Assembly: GCA_964016885.1 (NCBI GenBank)
Contig: OZ024740.1
Location: forward strand, 264,740,001 to 264,804,000
Length of the DNA stretch: 64,000 nt
DNA from: Eledone cirrhosa
Taxonomy: Eukaryota
Direction: 5' to 3'
This document shows positions 1-13,549 of the stretch, piece by piece. The translations under genes and the position numbers were made by a program. Below the pieces are notes generated by a model. The model was given only the letters and a program-made list of their open reading frames with translations, ran no database searches and had not been told where the DNA came from. The number at the start of each line of letters is the position of its first letter. Within the stretch, counting starts at the first letter, position 1.

Positions 1-663
1 CGCTGGGGTTGTTGCGTGGCCACGCCCGGCTTCCACGGTCAAGTTTGCAATAGTCTTCAACTAGTACAACTATGTTGTTAGTCCGTACAGTTTGAGGAAG
101 GTTCCAGATGATCTGTTGAGGCAGGTGGTGAAGAGGTTCCTCCTTTTGTTGATTACTCGAGCTCCTCTCTAGCAAACACGACGGCTGGCAAACCCTTCAA
201 GGAACTCATATGTATGCTGGACAGAGAGAAGCTTTATAAACACTGAAATCCTCAGCTCCTGAGGAATTTAAAACAGACTAATAAGTCTTTGAAAGTTAAG
301 TTTGTCATTGTTGAGGACAGTTCAAGTAGCAGAGCATTAGTTTTCAAAATGACAAAAGACCAAGGTAAACAAATTAAATCAATTCTTTAATTTCTACGTC
401 AATTTCAATACGATTACAAAAGCACATTACAAACAATCGGAAATAATTAAGTAGCAATCATTAACACTATACATAATACATATAACTGCATTTCTTCAGG
501 AAATATAAGAAGGAACAACATTTTCCAAATTTAATAAGAGTACACCCCATATCAGCACTGAGTGTAAACAAGCAATTACATATGAAAGCATATTGTTCAT
601 TAAGATTTTGTAATGTGCAAAATTATAGGTTTGGGTGAAAAGCATTACAATATTTATAATATT

Positions 664-852
664 GAATTGGCAGTATCGGTTGAGGGTCGGACGCCATGCT
701 TTGACGCATAGAGTTACGGCCCTTGCCATTCTGAGTTCAAATCCCGCCGAGGTTAACTTTGCCTTTCATCCTTACGGGGTCGATAAAATAAAGTACCAGT
801 AATACACTAGGTATTTGCTGGCCTTGTGCCAAAAGTAGAAACAATTATTATT
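664..852 (+). mobile_element. tRNA-derived SINE (family A)
   Basis: A-box-like TGGCAGTATCGG, B-box GAGTTCAAATCCC, central GCCTTTCATCCTTACGGGGTCGATAAAATAAAGTACCAG and (ATT)n tail; about ten copies in the window. Confidence 0.9.
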
Positions 853-2319
853 AATTTGCTTATACATTTAGAATAATATTAGTTGCTAGATTTGCAGTAG
901 TGTAATTTATTTAAGAGGTAGTGGTAAGTTTACTGCGACAACTTAAATACTACTTCATGCAGATATTTCTGTCAAAATAATTTATGTAATATACTTTTGT
1001 ATTTTGAGGGCATGATTATTAATTGTTATATTTTGGTTGTTTCGGTTGTCGTAAATGGAAGGTATCTATGGAAGAGTCCATAAGCGGATTTACAATTAGT
1101 TTATTGTTCGTTGCTTTGCATGCTCTCCAATTCTTCATCGACAATAGTACTACAAAAACTGGGCCCGACCTTGCACACTTTATCAGAACCTTACGTAATA
1201 GGTTGGTCTACTGAAATAGCAAACAAATTTCCCCCAATTCACACTGTGTCGTTTTAAACTGGAAAGGCCTATTTGAAAACTTAATCCTATATACACTAAG
1301 CCCGAATTACGATGGTATGATAGTATCGGTGATGCTTTGGTCACAATGTTTCTATGAATAACCAACAACTGCGAGAAACATATCAGGTTTACTTTTTTAA
1401 ATGACGGAAGTATATTTGTGTCTTGATCTCTCCCTCTTCTATAGAATGTACGAAGTGATATTTGTTCTTCTTTATTAATCGTATTTTATTTTTCATAGCT
1501 CTTTATTCAAAACCAAAACACACTATTAAAGGAGATAAAAAAAACAAAAAAAAAAACATTACATGTGATACCAATCATAGTTAACGATTTTCTCTGTATC
1601 TACAAATATTTACAATGAGGATTTAATCTGTACAATGTCATAACAACTATAATGAATGTGTACCTGAGCGCCACACGACATGTGGTTTCAATTTCAGAAG
1701 AATCGTATAATGGCGTATAAACTAATATATATAACAGCAAATACCGTACACCACGTGGTATTTAGCCTTCCAAAAACATGAAGATTTATCATTTACATCA
1801 CCGTGTTGACATGACGAAATGATCGATAAGTGTAAATTAAAGAAAACAGATTTTCTGTGTGTATCGTGTGTATTTAAATGGTTAAAATACCTCTTCTACT
1901 ATGTAATTGCTTTATTTCCAATGCATCGTCGCAAATAAAGTCACTTACCAGACAAGTAAAACATTGATATAATATAAAACAATAAATTTAAGCTGCTTGA
2001 TTTTGTATTTTTACGACAATGAATCATGCGGTTTGATTTTGAATTCCATTTACAGCTACCACAATTCAGTGGAAAATATGATTGACGTTTTATTCCATAC
2101 TACAATCAGCTTCATCATAGAATATGAGGCTAAGGCGAGTTTTGATTTAACTCTAAACATTTTGTAATTATTTTATAGGACATATTAATAAGCATTTGTT
2201 AATTAAAATGTTTATAGTATATGTAGAAAGGCACCGATCGTTGTGAAAATGTGCAGTATTTGTATAAAAACTTGATTCGTTTAACTTGGCGCGGTTATAG
2301 TGCTATTTTGTTACCTTCA

Positions 2320-2800
2320 AGAATGTCTTGCTTATGTGGTCTCGTGTGGTACAAAACGTTAATCGTTAATCTCCTTTTTTGAGCTGCCGTCCTGAATTAA
2401 AATTGATCCGAGGTATTTAAGTTGTTGCCCTTAAACGTAACATATGGATGGACCAGCCCCCAATGGAACTTGTATAGTCTCGTGCATAATATTACCCTGC
2501 ATGATGGCGAAAGCAGTGGGGAGAAATAGTAACAGTGTCGAACACCAACTGTAATTATAAAGAAATCACCGATATTGTTTTTCAGGTGAACTGCGGCGTT
2601 TTAATTTTCGTGGACCGTTACAATCGTTTAGATGAGGTAGCTATCGATGCGGATCATAATAGACAATTTCCCAAGTCACATATGACCGAAAGTATTTTTA
2701 AAGTCAATGAATCCCCGGTTGTTATCGCATTGGTGATGTAAATGTTTGTTGATCAGCAATATATATTTTGCCTCGGCTTTGAGGATCTCTATCTCCTTCA
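2320..2800 (-). mobile_element. Decayed RTE-type LINE reverse transcriptase fragment
   Basis: Minus-strand translation gives FIDFKNTF, ITVGVRH..SPL and KYLGSILIQDG, with stops and frameshifts. Confidence 0.6.
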
Positions 2801-2834
2801 ACTTATGGAGGATTAGAAGATATCAGTGATATTT

Positions 2835-3396
2835 ATATAAATATATATATATGTATGTATGTATAGACGTATGTATGTATGTATAGACGTATGTATGTAT
2901 ATATATATGTATGTATGTATAGACGTACATGCACACATGCATACCTACATACACATAGGCACACACACGTACACACGCCTGCATACGCACACTCACACAC
3001 ACACAAACACACAGACACACACACACACACACACACACATTATATTTATGTATATATATATATATATATATATACATATATAGTTCTGATATAGCATATT
3101 AGAATATATTATCTTTCAAAACTCGCTCAATAATAAGTATTAGATATATATATATTTTTTTTTTTTTTTACCTGGATGAAGATAATCTCCACTACTGTAT
3201 AAAAAGCATAGGGCTTCCGAATTTATTCTTTTTTATTCAACATAAAATAACTATCTTTTCATACCTGACTATGCTTATCTTTCTATTTATCTATCTTATT
3301 TACTTTTTATGTCTTATAGTTATTTTTGTTCCCTTAGAGACTTTTCCCTTTTTCCCCTCATCGGCAGGCTATTGCAATGATATATGCATGACAAAA

Positions 3397-3476
<80 letters not shown>

Positions 3477-3905
3477 AGAGAGTGTGTGTGTTTTAGACAG
3501 AGAGACAGACAAATATACATATATATATATATATATATAAATAGATGGATAGATAGACAGAGATATATGACTTCAAACATTACTCACAAAGATGTATTCA
3601 AACATATAGGTCTATATAATACATACATGTTTAGGTAGAAACATAATGACGAAGACACATTTACTTTTATATACATTTACACATACGCTTGTTATGTGCA
3701 TATATATACGCACATATCGGCACACCTCAACTGTAAATCTTCCATTACAGAATTTGGCAGGTTTCTCGATGTAATATTATTATACCATATGGATAAAAGA
3801 CAGTGATTGTCTATCTCTGCCAGACATGTATCACGTATTTTCTTACGTCTTCTACCGCCACCTCATCTCATTCTCTCTCTCTCACACACACACTTACACA
3901 CACAC

Positions 3906-3996
<91 letters not shown>
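2835..3996. repeat. Microsatellite cluster (TA/TATG/CA/GA)
   Basis: Direct inspection; explains the YI/HT/CV ORFs. Confidence 0.95.
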
Positions 3997-3999
<3 letters not shown>

Positions 4000-4430
4000 A
4001 CATAGCATCAATCCTATATTTGCTTCGTTATTACTTTCCCCGCCTCTGTCTCTCTTATTCGCTCTCTCGCTTTGTTTTGTTTTGTCATTTTTTGTCCTCT
4101 CTTATTAGGTATTAAATTTCAATACACCGCATTTCTCCCACTTCTTCTGTGGCCATTTTGTTCCTCCCAATAAATGTTTTTCATATCTTTCTTACTTTTA
4201 CATCTCTTCAATGACACATTTTTTTCAGTTTTCTAGCTGTCTCTCGGTATTTCTCCAAGTTTATTTTTTGTCAATCTATCCCTTTCGCGATAGCTATCTA
4301 CTTTGTTCTAGGACTATGTCTACATATTTTTGTCACTTTCTAATATTTCTCTTTCTCATTTCCTCTTTGTCTCTCTTTCTTCTTAAATAGCTGACTTTCT
4401 CTTTCGGAAGCTGAGCAAATTAACGTGTAA

Positions 4431-4600
4431 TCTATATTATAAAAGAAAATCTCTTTCTCCGTCTGTCTGTCCGTCACACATATATGTAGAATGAGGGAAC
4501 ACGAAAGGAATGAAAAGGGGAGGCAACCCATCTTTAAGCTGTGCGGAGAAGGGGATCATTTGTGTCATGCATATAGTTTATTGCAAGGCTTAGATCTATT
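4431..4600 (+). mobile_element. Non-autonomous Helitron-like 5' remnant (second copy at about 39387-39515)
   Basis: A|TCTA..TATAAAAGAAAA..(GTCT)n start; shares TATAGTTTATTGCAAGG with the 39.4-kb copy. Confidence 0.5.
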
Positions 4601-5920
4601 AATGTAGAGATCTGTGGGAGGAGCTGTGATAATTTGTCAGTGGGTAGGGGCCACCAAGTATAATATATATCATAAGAATACAGTTACTTCGAAACTAAGT
4701 TCAACTTACAATGGATTTGGTTTTACTGTATCAATATCTCAAGCAATCATAGACGCAGGCATAGTTATCTGGTTAAGGAGACTGCTTCGCAACATAGTCT
4801 CTTCTATTATAGACATCAGTTGAGCAGTGCATTCAGAAGAAATTTTTTTTAGCGAAAACTGTAAAGGCACGTCATATACTTATTTAGGAGTGAGTCTATG
4901 TAGGTATAAATTTGTATGCCTGTGACTATGTTACCGTCTATTTTTATATCCAGTAAGTCAGATACACAGAAAAAAAGATCGATAAAACCGGGTCTGATAA
5001 GACCGACTAATTCAATGTGAGGCAGTAGTCAACTGACTGAAAGCATAAAATAATAAATGAATAGTTGTACGATTTCAATTTATGACACAGTTTGACGAAG
5101 TCTCGGAGACAAACAATTTGTGTGGTGGGGAAAATTCGTTACATTGACCCCTGAAGGATGAAAGGCAAAGTTGACGTTAACGGAAATTAAAGCAAAAAAG
5201 GTAAAATATTTATACAAGGCTAATAAAGAGTTTTGTAGTGACATGATATCCAAAAATATATTCGTACTCATTTAGCCAACACAGCCCCCGTTACAAAGTA
5301 TACATTGGTGAATATAGGCGTGAATAAACTATGCCTATTTGCAGGATGACCACGACTGGAATGATATTGCTCAGCTGTCTACTTCACGTTATGCAATAAT
5401 CAGCAGTAAACGTAAACTTTAAGGTTAATATCAGAATTAACAAGAATCATCAAACTTTAACTGTTCAAGAATATATACCTAATATTGTATTTATAGTCCA
5501 TTTGCAAATAATGTGAAATTGGCTGGTTCTAATAAATTCACATTTTTCTTTACTATGTGAAATGAGCATCCCCGGCAAATGTTCATTCTGCAAAGGCTCT
5601 AGATTATTTTTGTCTCTGTGTCACGCCGAATTTCCTTGAGTAGTATGTTGAGGATACGCGTGTCGGTGGAATGCTCTGCAGCTTGTTCGTTAATTTTACG
5701 AACAGGCACTTCTGTTGATCGTATCAACTGGAATGCTCTTCATCGTAACCGAGGGAATGCGAGTTTAAATACAAATGTTTCAAACGGGAAATTTGCATAT
5801 TTAACATGCAAATGATGCGAATCAATACCAATTTGTTTCGTCTTCCATTTTAATTTAATTCAATAACGTGTAATATCTCCAAAATGGCATCACCCCCTCC
5901 ACAAATTGACTACGCAAATA

Positions 5921-6308
5921 TTCAATGTGGGAGTCAGACTCCGTAAAGGGTGCGCACTGTTTCCTCTTCTGTTCATTATTTACATGAACATGATTGACAT
6001 GCCTAGCCGGTTGGAAGTAGTATTATGACTGGCAGGTGTAGAATCAGTCGGCTGGAATTTGCAGACGACATGGTATTACTTCACTCGATATAAGGTGATC
6101 TCCGACTTTCCCTGGATAGGTTTGATGCAGTTTCAATTATCGGAGGGCCGTGTTCACGAGTGATGGATGGCAGGAGGCTGAATAAAGAGCAAGAATTGCA
6201 ATAGTGGTGCCAGTTTCAGTATTCAGTACTCAGAAGAAGGAAGGCAAGCGTAAAAGCCAAACTCGCAATCTTCACTTCAGTATTCGTGCCAAACCTTACC
6301 TATGGTCA
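5921..6308 (+). mobile_element. RTE (Expander/Rex3-like) LINE RT fragment
   Basis: Translates to VRLRKGCALFPLLFIIYMN, EFADDMVLL and AKLAIFTSVFVPNLTYG. Confidence 0.8.
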
Positions 6309-6390
6309 AGAAGAAGAAGAAGAAGAAGAAGAAGAAGAAGAAGAAGAAGAAGAAGAAGAAGAAGAAGAAGAAGAAGAAGAAGAAGAAGAA
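6308..6390 (+). repeat. (GAA)n microsatellite
   Basis: Pure GAA tract; source of the poly-R/poly-L ORFs. Confidence 0.98.
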
Positions 6391-6515
6391 ACATGCGATA
6401 TGAGCCAATAAAAAACAGAAATATGATTGAAATAGCCCAGCACAGAAGCTTCGATGTCATTCTTCCTCGTACCAAATTTCGATTAAAAATATATGTTATC
6501 AACTCATAGATACAA

Positions 6516-8696
6516 CTAGCAGATGTACCCGGCGTTACTCGGGGTTTGAAATTATGCTAAGAATATACAGCTAGGAAGTAAAAGAAGAACATTATTTGTC
6601 CCCAACCTGTCAAATAAGCAGAAATCTTCAATAATTAATGCAAACGAATATTTAGTGCAATTTTTTACACATAAAACTATGCTAATAATGTAGGAAAACA
6701 CTGAACAGGATGTAGTTATACAAATGATTAAAGACAATACACGTTGCAAATCTATAAAAAAAACAGGCAGTTTTTCTAAAGTACAAAAAGTTGTAATGAA
6801 AGCAGAGTTGTGTACAAACAAAAAAACAATGAGAGTAGAATAAGAGAAAATCTATTCTTTGAGAGCATCCTTTGCTGTGTATGGTTAAATGTTTAACTTA
6901 TAATCCAAAATATCCTGCATCACATATTCATTTGTATGTTTTGTAATGAGTAAGGTGAAGTCAAGGCAGAGCTGTAATAAGTTTTTTTGTTAACACTTCA
7001 GGATAGACGATATTCTTTGTTTTTCTTTTCAGAACAAACGCAAAGAGATTATCTCGACTGCTAACTCGTGAGCAGGCAACGTAGAATTGTCCGTGCGAAA
7101 AGCAAGGTTCATCCAAGTGAATTCCAGCGACGGACAGAGTTTGACCTTGCGACTTGTTTATGGACATCGCAAAGGCAACACGAAGGGAAAATTGGGTTCG
7201 GGGAAATGAGAAGGGAGTATTTATTATCACATCCTCGCCTTTTCCACATCAGTATAGAATGGTAGCGTCAATACTAAGTGGAGACAGTTTTATAACTACA
7301 AGGCGTGTACCATTGCATAGTTTTGGAGGAGTGATATTTCTCAGCAAAATAACTGGTGTTCCCTCTTTCAGAACCAATGTATTTGGAGGTAAACCAGGAG
7401 GATTTAAAGAATTTAGAAATTCAACTGGATAATTGACCGCATCCTGTGGATCACATAGAGTATCAATAGATTTATATATCCGTGGACATCCAGGAAGAAG
7501 CTGAAGAAGCTGATCGTTAATACAGCTAACCGTGATATTTTTTAGTGCAAGAATGGCTCTTTCGCATAGCCAATCAAAATTCGTATAGTTATCACGCAAG
7601 TTCGGGAATACACTCGCCTTGAGATCATCGACAGTTTCAATTACATTGCAGATGTGATCAATTGCTATGTGTCCATCTGTATCCGGAGGTAGGTTACCAT
7701 CTCCTATTGTAAGAATGTCTCTAGAAAATGTTGATGACAGAGGGTCCCCATGCAAACTCGCACGCACGTTGGTAGTTAGTTTTAATCATGTCACTTGTCG
7801 CCACAATGGTGAAGACATAAGACATGCATTTACCGCATCTGCTCTTGTTCCTTTCGGTATTATAGGAAGAGTCTGTCTGAAGACTCCTGATAGCAGAAGG
7901 GTGACACCCCCATAACATCACTGCAATCGCGTATGTCTTGCAAAGACCTGTCTAGTGCCTCAAGAGCACCTTTGTGCGCCATTGTGCACTCATCCCAAAC
8001 AATAAGGTGACACCTTCGCAGCAGATGAGCCCTTTCGGAGTCTTTGGTGATATGACAAGTAGGAGTTTCCAATTTTGCCAAATCAAGGGGCAATTTAAAA
8101 ACTGAATGTGCCATCCTTCCACCAGGGAGCAAAGTTGCTGCCTTTCATATTTTTGTACTGTCTCTGCAGATCTTGCTGCAGCAGTATCTGTAGCATCCAT
8201 AGCAAGGCGTGTTTCACGTTGCTCTGTAGTCTCTGCAGCCTGTGCTGCAGCAGTTGCTTTAGCATTATTGGTTCGCCGCACTAACCGACGCTCAGCGGCG
8301 GACAAAGATGTTGCAATCACCGCATTTAGTGATTGTCTATTTTCGGTTATCGGCGGAGCGTCATTTACACGCAATATTTTCTTCGACCGATAGCCAATAT
8401 GTGCGTCCTTTCTTTTACGGGGCATATTTGGTGAAAAGGTTATCTCCCTTTTTTATAAAGATTGTCAATAAAGTTTATTATCTCCCTTACATCAATTTTT
8501 CTACCGATAAATTTGATATCGATTTTTTATTGCTCAACGTGGGTCGATTTGAAAAATGTTTCGGATGTGACAATCTTAGTGACCTGTGCAACGTGCACAG
8601 ACAATTTGGTCAAATTCAGTTGGTAATTGTGAAAGCCTTATGCATGCAAAGTTGTACACAGACACACACACATCCTCGCTTTTATATATATAAAGA
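6516..8696 (-). mobile_element. Internally deleted Helitron (STPR-like N-terminus joined to PIF1 helicase C-half)
   Basis: Minus strand: A|TCTTTATATATATAAAAG 5' end at 8696; hairpin CCCGAGTAACGCCGGG then CTAG|T at 6516; helicase motifs IVWDECTMAH, LCNGTRL, FAMSINKSQGQT, FSHGQFYVACSRV. Confidence 0.92.
6961..8143 (-). pseudogene. Helitron PIF1-family helicase C-terminal half, frameshifted
   Basis: ORFs 7860..8132, 7249..7767 and 6961..7230 are colinear PIF1 pieces; Walker A is absent. Confidence 0.9.
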
Positions 8697-8885
8697 TATA
8701 GCCTCATTTTTGGGAGGTAGCGGTGTAGGAAATAGATTATAATTAACTGCCAATTACTTTCGTAGCGGTGGAACAATTTGAACTTGTAAAGATATTATAT
8801 ATGTAAAGTACAGTATACATACTTAAGTAATGTATATATACTTGCTAAATCCATGAAGACATGCAGCTATATGCACAAATATTTG

Positions 8886-8921
<36 letters not shown>

Positions 8922-9020
8922 ACACACCACACATATACACGCACCCGTATTTTAGCACGGTTGTATGAATACTCCCACTATATATATATATATATATATA
9001 TATATCTGTGTGTGTGTGTT

Positions 9021-9092
<72 letters not shown>

Positions 9093-9706
9093 TCTCTCTC
9101 TCTCTCTCCCTGTGTGTGTGTGCGTATTTAATTCACAGTTTTGTGTTTGCAAGACCTGATTTGGAAGTCAATAGATAAAAGGTTTGAAAGAAGTTAGTCG
9201 ACTGAGGATATAGATATCATATTTAATCTATCTCCATACGAAAGTCTTTCTTTGTTTTCCATGTTTCGAACCCAAAATGAAACCAAATATATCTTTATCA
9301 ATTGATGTCTGATGTTTTTTCTTTTTCTCTTTCTAAATAAAAAAAAGATTTGCAGCAATTGTATCATTTCTCTTCGTTATATATGAACTCTGTAATGTAT
9401 ATTATTCATACTTGATAAATAAAATAAAAAGTATATATGTAGTTATATATCTTGCTTCAATTGTTTATTTGTGCTCTATATTATCCATATATCTTCGATA
9501 AATAGGATCGTTTGCTTTTTGTTGCCTTATTATGGTTAGTGCAATAGATAGTGTATCGATATTTTCCAATAGTTTTATTAGTTCCTTACTTTCTTTTTAA
9601 ACACTAGGTCATAAAATACCTTTTAATAATGATAACAATTTTGTTTAACCTACATAATGTTTGGAGTTCAGGATTGGTATCTCGTATATCACAAAATTAC
9701 CAGATA

Positions 9707-9924
9707 TGTGAGGGTCAGCTGAAAAGTTAATAGACTGAAAGGTTCATATCCTGACCAAGATACTTTCATAGAATGACCAATTGAGTTTTACTTTTCAAAA
9801 TAGTCCCTGGAAAGAAACAATCCAGTTATTAATAAGAAGAGCCGAGATTAATTCCTGCAAGATGCCACAACTCCAGAATCACTCCTTCATAGTCAGCCTA
9901 TGAACCTTTCAGCCTGCCCTCGTA
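9707..9924. mobile_element. Tc1/mariner-like MITE
   Basis: Imperfect TIRs GAGGGTCAGCTGAAAAGTTAATAGACTGA and TCAGCCTATGAACCTTTCAGCCTGCCCTCG, followed by TA. Confidence 0.7.
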
Positions 9925-10067
9925 GGAATATAATCATAAAAAAAAAGAAAAAATAGCATTGCGATGAATTAATGGTTTTCCCAAGAGAAAGTCTACAATA
10001 CATTTTGATTAACGTCAAGTAGAAGAGATTAAATGTGCGAACGATATTTTATTATATAATTTCCTTT

Positions 10068-10290
10068 AGGGCGGTGGATTGGCAGTATCGGTAGAGGGTC
10101 GGACGCCATGATTTGCAGCATAGAGTTACGGCCCTTTATAATCTGAGTTCAAATCCCGCCGAGGTTAACTTTACCTTTAATCCGTATGGGATCGCGAAAA
10201 TAAAGTACCAGTCACGTACTGGGGTCGATTTAATCAACTTCCCCTCCCTCAAAATTGAAGGCCTTGTGCCTACATAAGAAACCATTTTAT
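10068..10290 (+). mobile_element. tRNA-derived SINE family A, full length (long 3' variant)
   Basis: Same A/B boxes and central domain as 664-852. Confidence 0.9.
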
Positions 10291-10779
10291 ACTTTCCTTA
10301 ATATTACATATATGTTCAGTGTATAAATATAATTAAGAGAAGTGTCTAAACGTGAACGTAAATACATCTAGAACAAACCAACAGGGCCCACGTATAAATA
10401 TCGAATTAATTATATGAGTTACTTCGGAGAAATAACTATTTACAAGGGAAAATATAGCGTTAGAACCCAGAAACTTGCTACTGGAAATCAAAGTTTTATT
10501 GTAGCAATATGACTGATATGGAAACTTTATTGTGTATGCGCGTATGAGTGTGTATAATCGAGGTACAAATGTATATATAAACACACACATAGCATATTGT
10601 TTTATTGTTTATCTCAGAATTATATGTTTTCAAACATTATTTCTAAACTTTAACAATAACAGCGGCAATACTAATAATAATTGCATTAATAATAAATATT
10701 TTTATTATAATATAGATTTTTTTTTTTTCATATCTCAGTAATTGTTGTTATTTAACAGGAAAATTTGCTCTAATGAACA

Positions 10780-13300
10780 TCAAGCTGCTACCTAGGGCCT
10801 CATATATCGGAGGGTCCATTCCTTATGGAGTTTTCCATAAAAGAGGGCTGGGCTTATGTTCTGTAACCAACCTTGGAAGTTCTTAGATATAGTGCCCAGT
10901 GTTCTTATGAAGATGGGTTCTTAGGACGATACGAAGCTAGATATTTTTCCTTCTCAAAAACCACGAGGTACGGTTTATTGTGTTTTAATTATTTGTCCTT
11001 TTGTATCCTGAAATCCCACAGATCTTTACCCGGTCATTTACTATAACCAAATTTGGCTTATGCCCAAACCATTTCTCAGAATGAAGTTACTTGCTCAGTT
11101 TGCAAAAATACCAATGAATCACATATCCTATGATATCATGGTTCTATCCTTTATTGCGATTCTGGGCTAGGTGTTGACACTCGGATACGATGTGAGCCAG
11201 TTTCCCCTCCTTTTCTCTACAGGGATTCTACAGAGTACTCTAGCACAAGGATTCTACAATGTGCGCTAGCATCCTCCTTGACAATATGGTGTTTCGCTTC
11301 GTTCGAAGGGCTTGCTCTTGTGCAGCCAGTAGCATTCCAGCAGTAGCTTTCTTAAGCCCGCGCCCCGTTTAAACTAGTTCCATGTCTGTGAATCGATGAA
11401 TTTTTTTTTCTTCTAAAGATGCTATGAAGGGCTATTTAATTCAGGTTATTCTTCCTCTTTATTGTTACTAATTTATTGGACATCCCCTGGTCTATTGATG
11501 TCCCTTTCAATACAGCCTTAAGCATTCGTCCGTTACTCTCAGACACATATTTGTGTAGACAGCTTTTCACCATCTGAACACAGTCCTGCACGCTGTTATG
11601 ACCTCTTCCACCTGCAGGTCTCTTTAAGTACAGTCTATCAACATCACCATTATTATGAAACATACTGTAGGTACTCATTCATTTCCTTGTCCTTCAATCC
11701 AGTCCTTTTGTTCGCTTACATTCAATTTAAGAATTCCTGCACTATACCTAATAATTGTTTCTAATTTTGGCACAAGTCCAGCGATTACCCAGTACATTAC
11801 TGGTACTTTGTTTTATTAACTCCATAAGGATGAAAGGCAAAGTTAACCTCGGCGGGATTTTAACTCAGTCCGTAAAGAGACGTAACTGTGCTGCAAAGAA
11901 TGGCGTCCGATCCTCCACTGATACCGTACCTAATAATAGACACACCTCAGAAATGTATTGCACTTATAATATTTCTCCTATTCAGCTGTGATTTTAATAT
12001 GTTCATTACTCTTATATATTCAGATCTTATCATCTCATTCATTTTAATGCCCTTGGTGTTTCAACCGAGATACTGAAATCAGGTTGTTGTTGTGGTTTTT
12101 CACTAACCTCATTTTTAACGGTCTCACTCCACACTGCCTGACTATTATGCTCAACATCCTTCTCCCATATGCTCCTCCAAAATATGTTGGTCCGTTCAGC
12201 CTCACGAATAGCATTGTCGTCTCTTTCTTTCCCGTCAATCTGTTCTCGTAACATCTTCTGGTTGTTGTCGAACATGTAGTCGTGTCTATATTGGCTAACT
12301 CTGCTCTTATATCTTTTACTTTTTTCACTTTTGGCTATGGCACGTTGCTTTATTTCCTCTATTATAACATATAGCCATTTTCCCTTTGTGTTATATTTCC
12401 TTGTCAATATATCTTTAGTATCTATGTTTTGTAATGTCCCGTTTAATACAGACTCAAGTCTCCCGATGACCTTTCTTATTTCTTTCATTTGATCATTCAA
12501 CCACTTCTTCCACCAAGGTTCTGGTTTTTCTCGTCTGGTATCCCTTGATTTGATACCAAGCGATTTTTCACCATATTTGTGGCTATTTTGAGTATGTTTT
12601 TACATTGTTTGATTTTTCGCCTCAAGGTATGGGACAACCCTGTTTACCTTAGCTTTCGTTTCTTTTAACTTTTTTCTATCTACATATCTTTGATTCATAG
12701 GTTTTCCACTATTTTTATTAATTTCAACCACCATTTAAAATCCCGCCAAAGTTAACTTTGCCTTTCATCCTTACGGGGTCGATAAAATAAAGTACCACTA
12801 ATGCATTGGGTAATTGCTGGCCTTGTACCAAAAGTAGAAACAATTATTAATTTCAATCACTATTAAATTCAGAACATCTACAAAATCATGCCCTAGCCCG
12901 TCGCACTCATTTTCGCAATGGCCGAATTTTTCCACCAGATGTTATTTATCTCAAACCTTAGATCATTGTTTGTATCGGTCACTTCCTCTGGTCTCATAAC
13001 TACTTCACACTCACTTTCTACTGTTTCATTTGCTTGGTTCACTCCACATTCTACGGGATCATTTTCCTGATCTACTTCACTTTCCGTTTCCAGCTTAATC
13101 TCTCTACTCAGTTCCTCCAATTCTAACTCAAGTATCCATCCATTAGTTCTTTGTCTAATTGAAATAGACCAATATTGTTCCAGATTTTATGTATTTGTTT
13201 CCTATAGCCTTTCTTAGTTGGATCACTTTTTAGATAACACTTCATTACAGTTTTATTCAATTCCTTCGTCCAGTTGGTTCTTGCCTCATTCCTTCTTCCT
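10780..13300 (-). mobile_element. Decayed R4/Dong-like RLE non-LTR retrotransposon, RT core missing, with two SINE fragments inside (about 11755-11925 and 12738-12850)
   Basis: Motifs WTKELNKTVMKCYLKSDPTKKGYRK, FWRSIWEKDVEHN, RLYLKRPAGGRG, HIVSECQHLAQ..HD..IHW and PIFIRTLGTISK. Confidence 0.8.
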
Positions 13301-13549
13301 ATAACACCAGAAGTATTTGGATCATAGCTAGATCCATGCTGCTGAGTCTTTCACATGAAGTTCCAGCCTCCTTTTCACCGTTATTTGAAATTATTAATTT
13401 TAAACTACTCATATATAGGATTAGTAAATTTGAGGTTATACTAACACCAGTATTTTTAACGTGTCATCATCACTAAATTTGTGGAGGGATTTATGCGTCA
13501 ATTTTATCATTATTAAAATTAAAGTTATTTTTGCCGTCTTTAATGTTTT

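Noticed and set aside
1020-1215. Possible minus-strand terminal exon after TTTGCTATTTCAG (reads ..RPTYYVRF*)
   Set aside because: Very short, no amidation Gly, no recognisable homology and no partner exons.
5085-5128. TTGACGA-GTCTC/GAGAC-AAAC motif
   Set aside because: Two core positions are wrong and helix III is absent.
9196-9250. CTGAGGA...CGAAAG hammerhead-like spacing
   Set aside because: Helices I and III do not pair.
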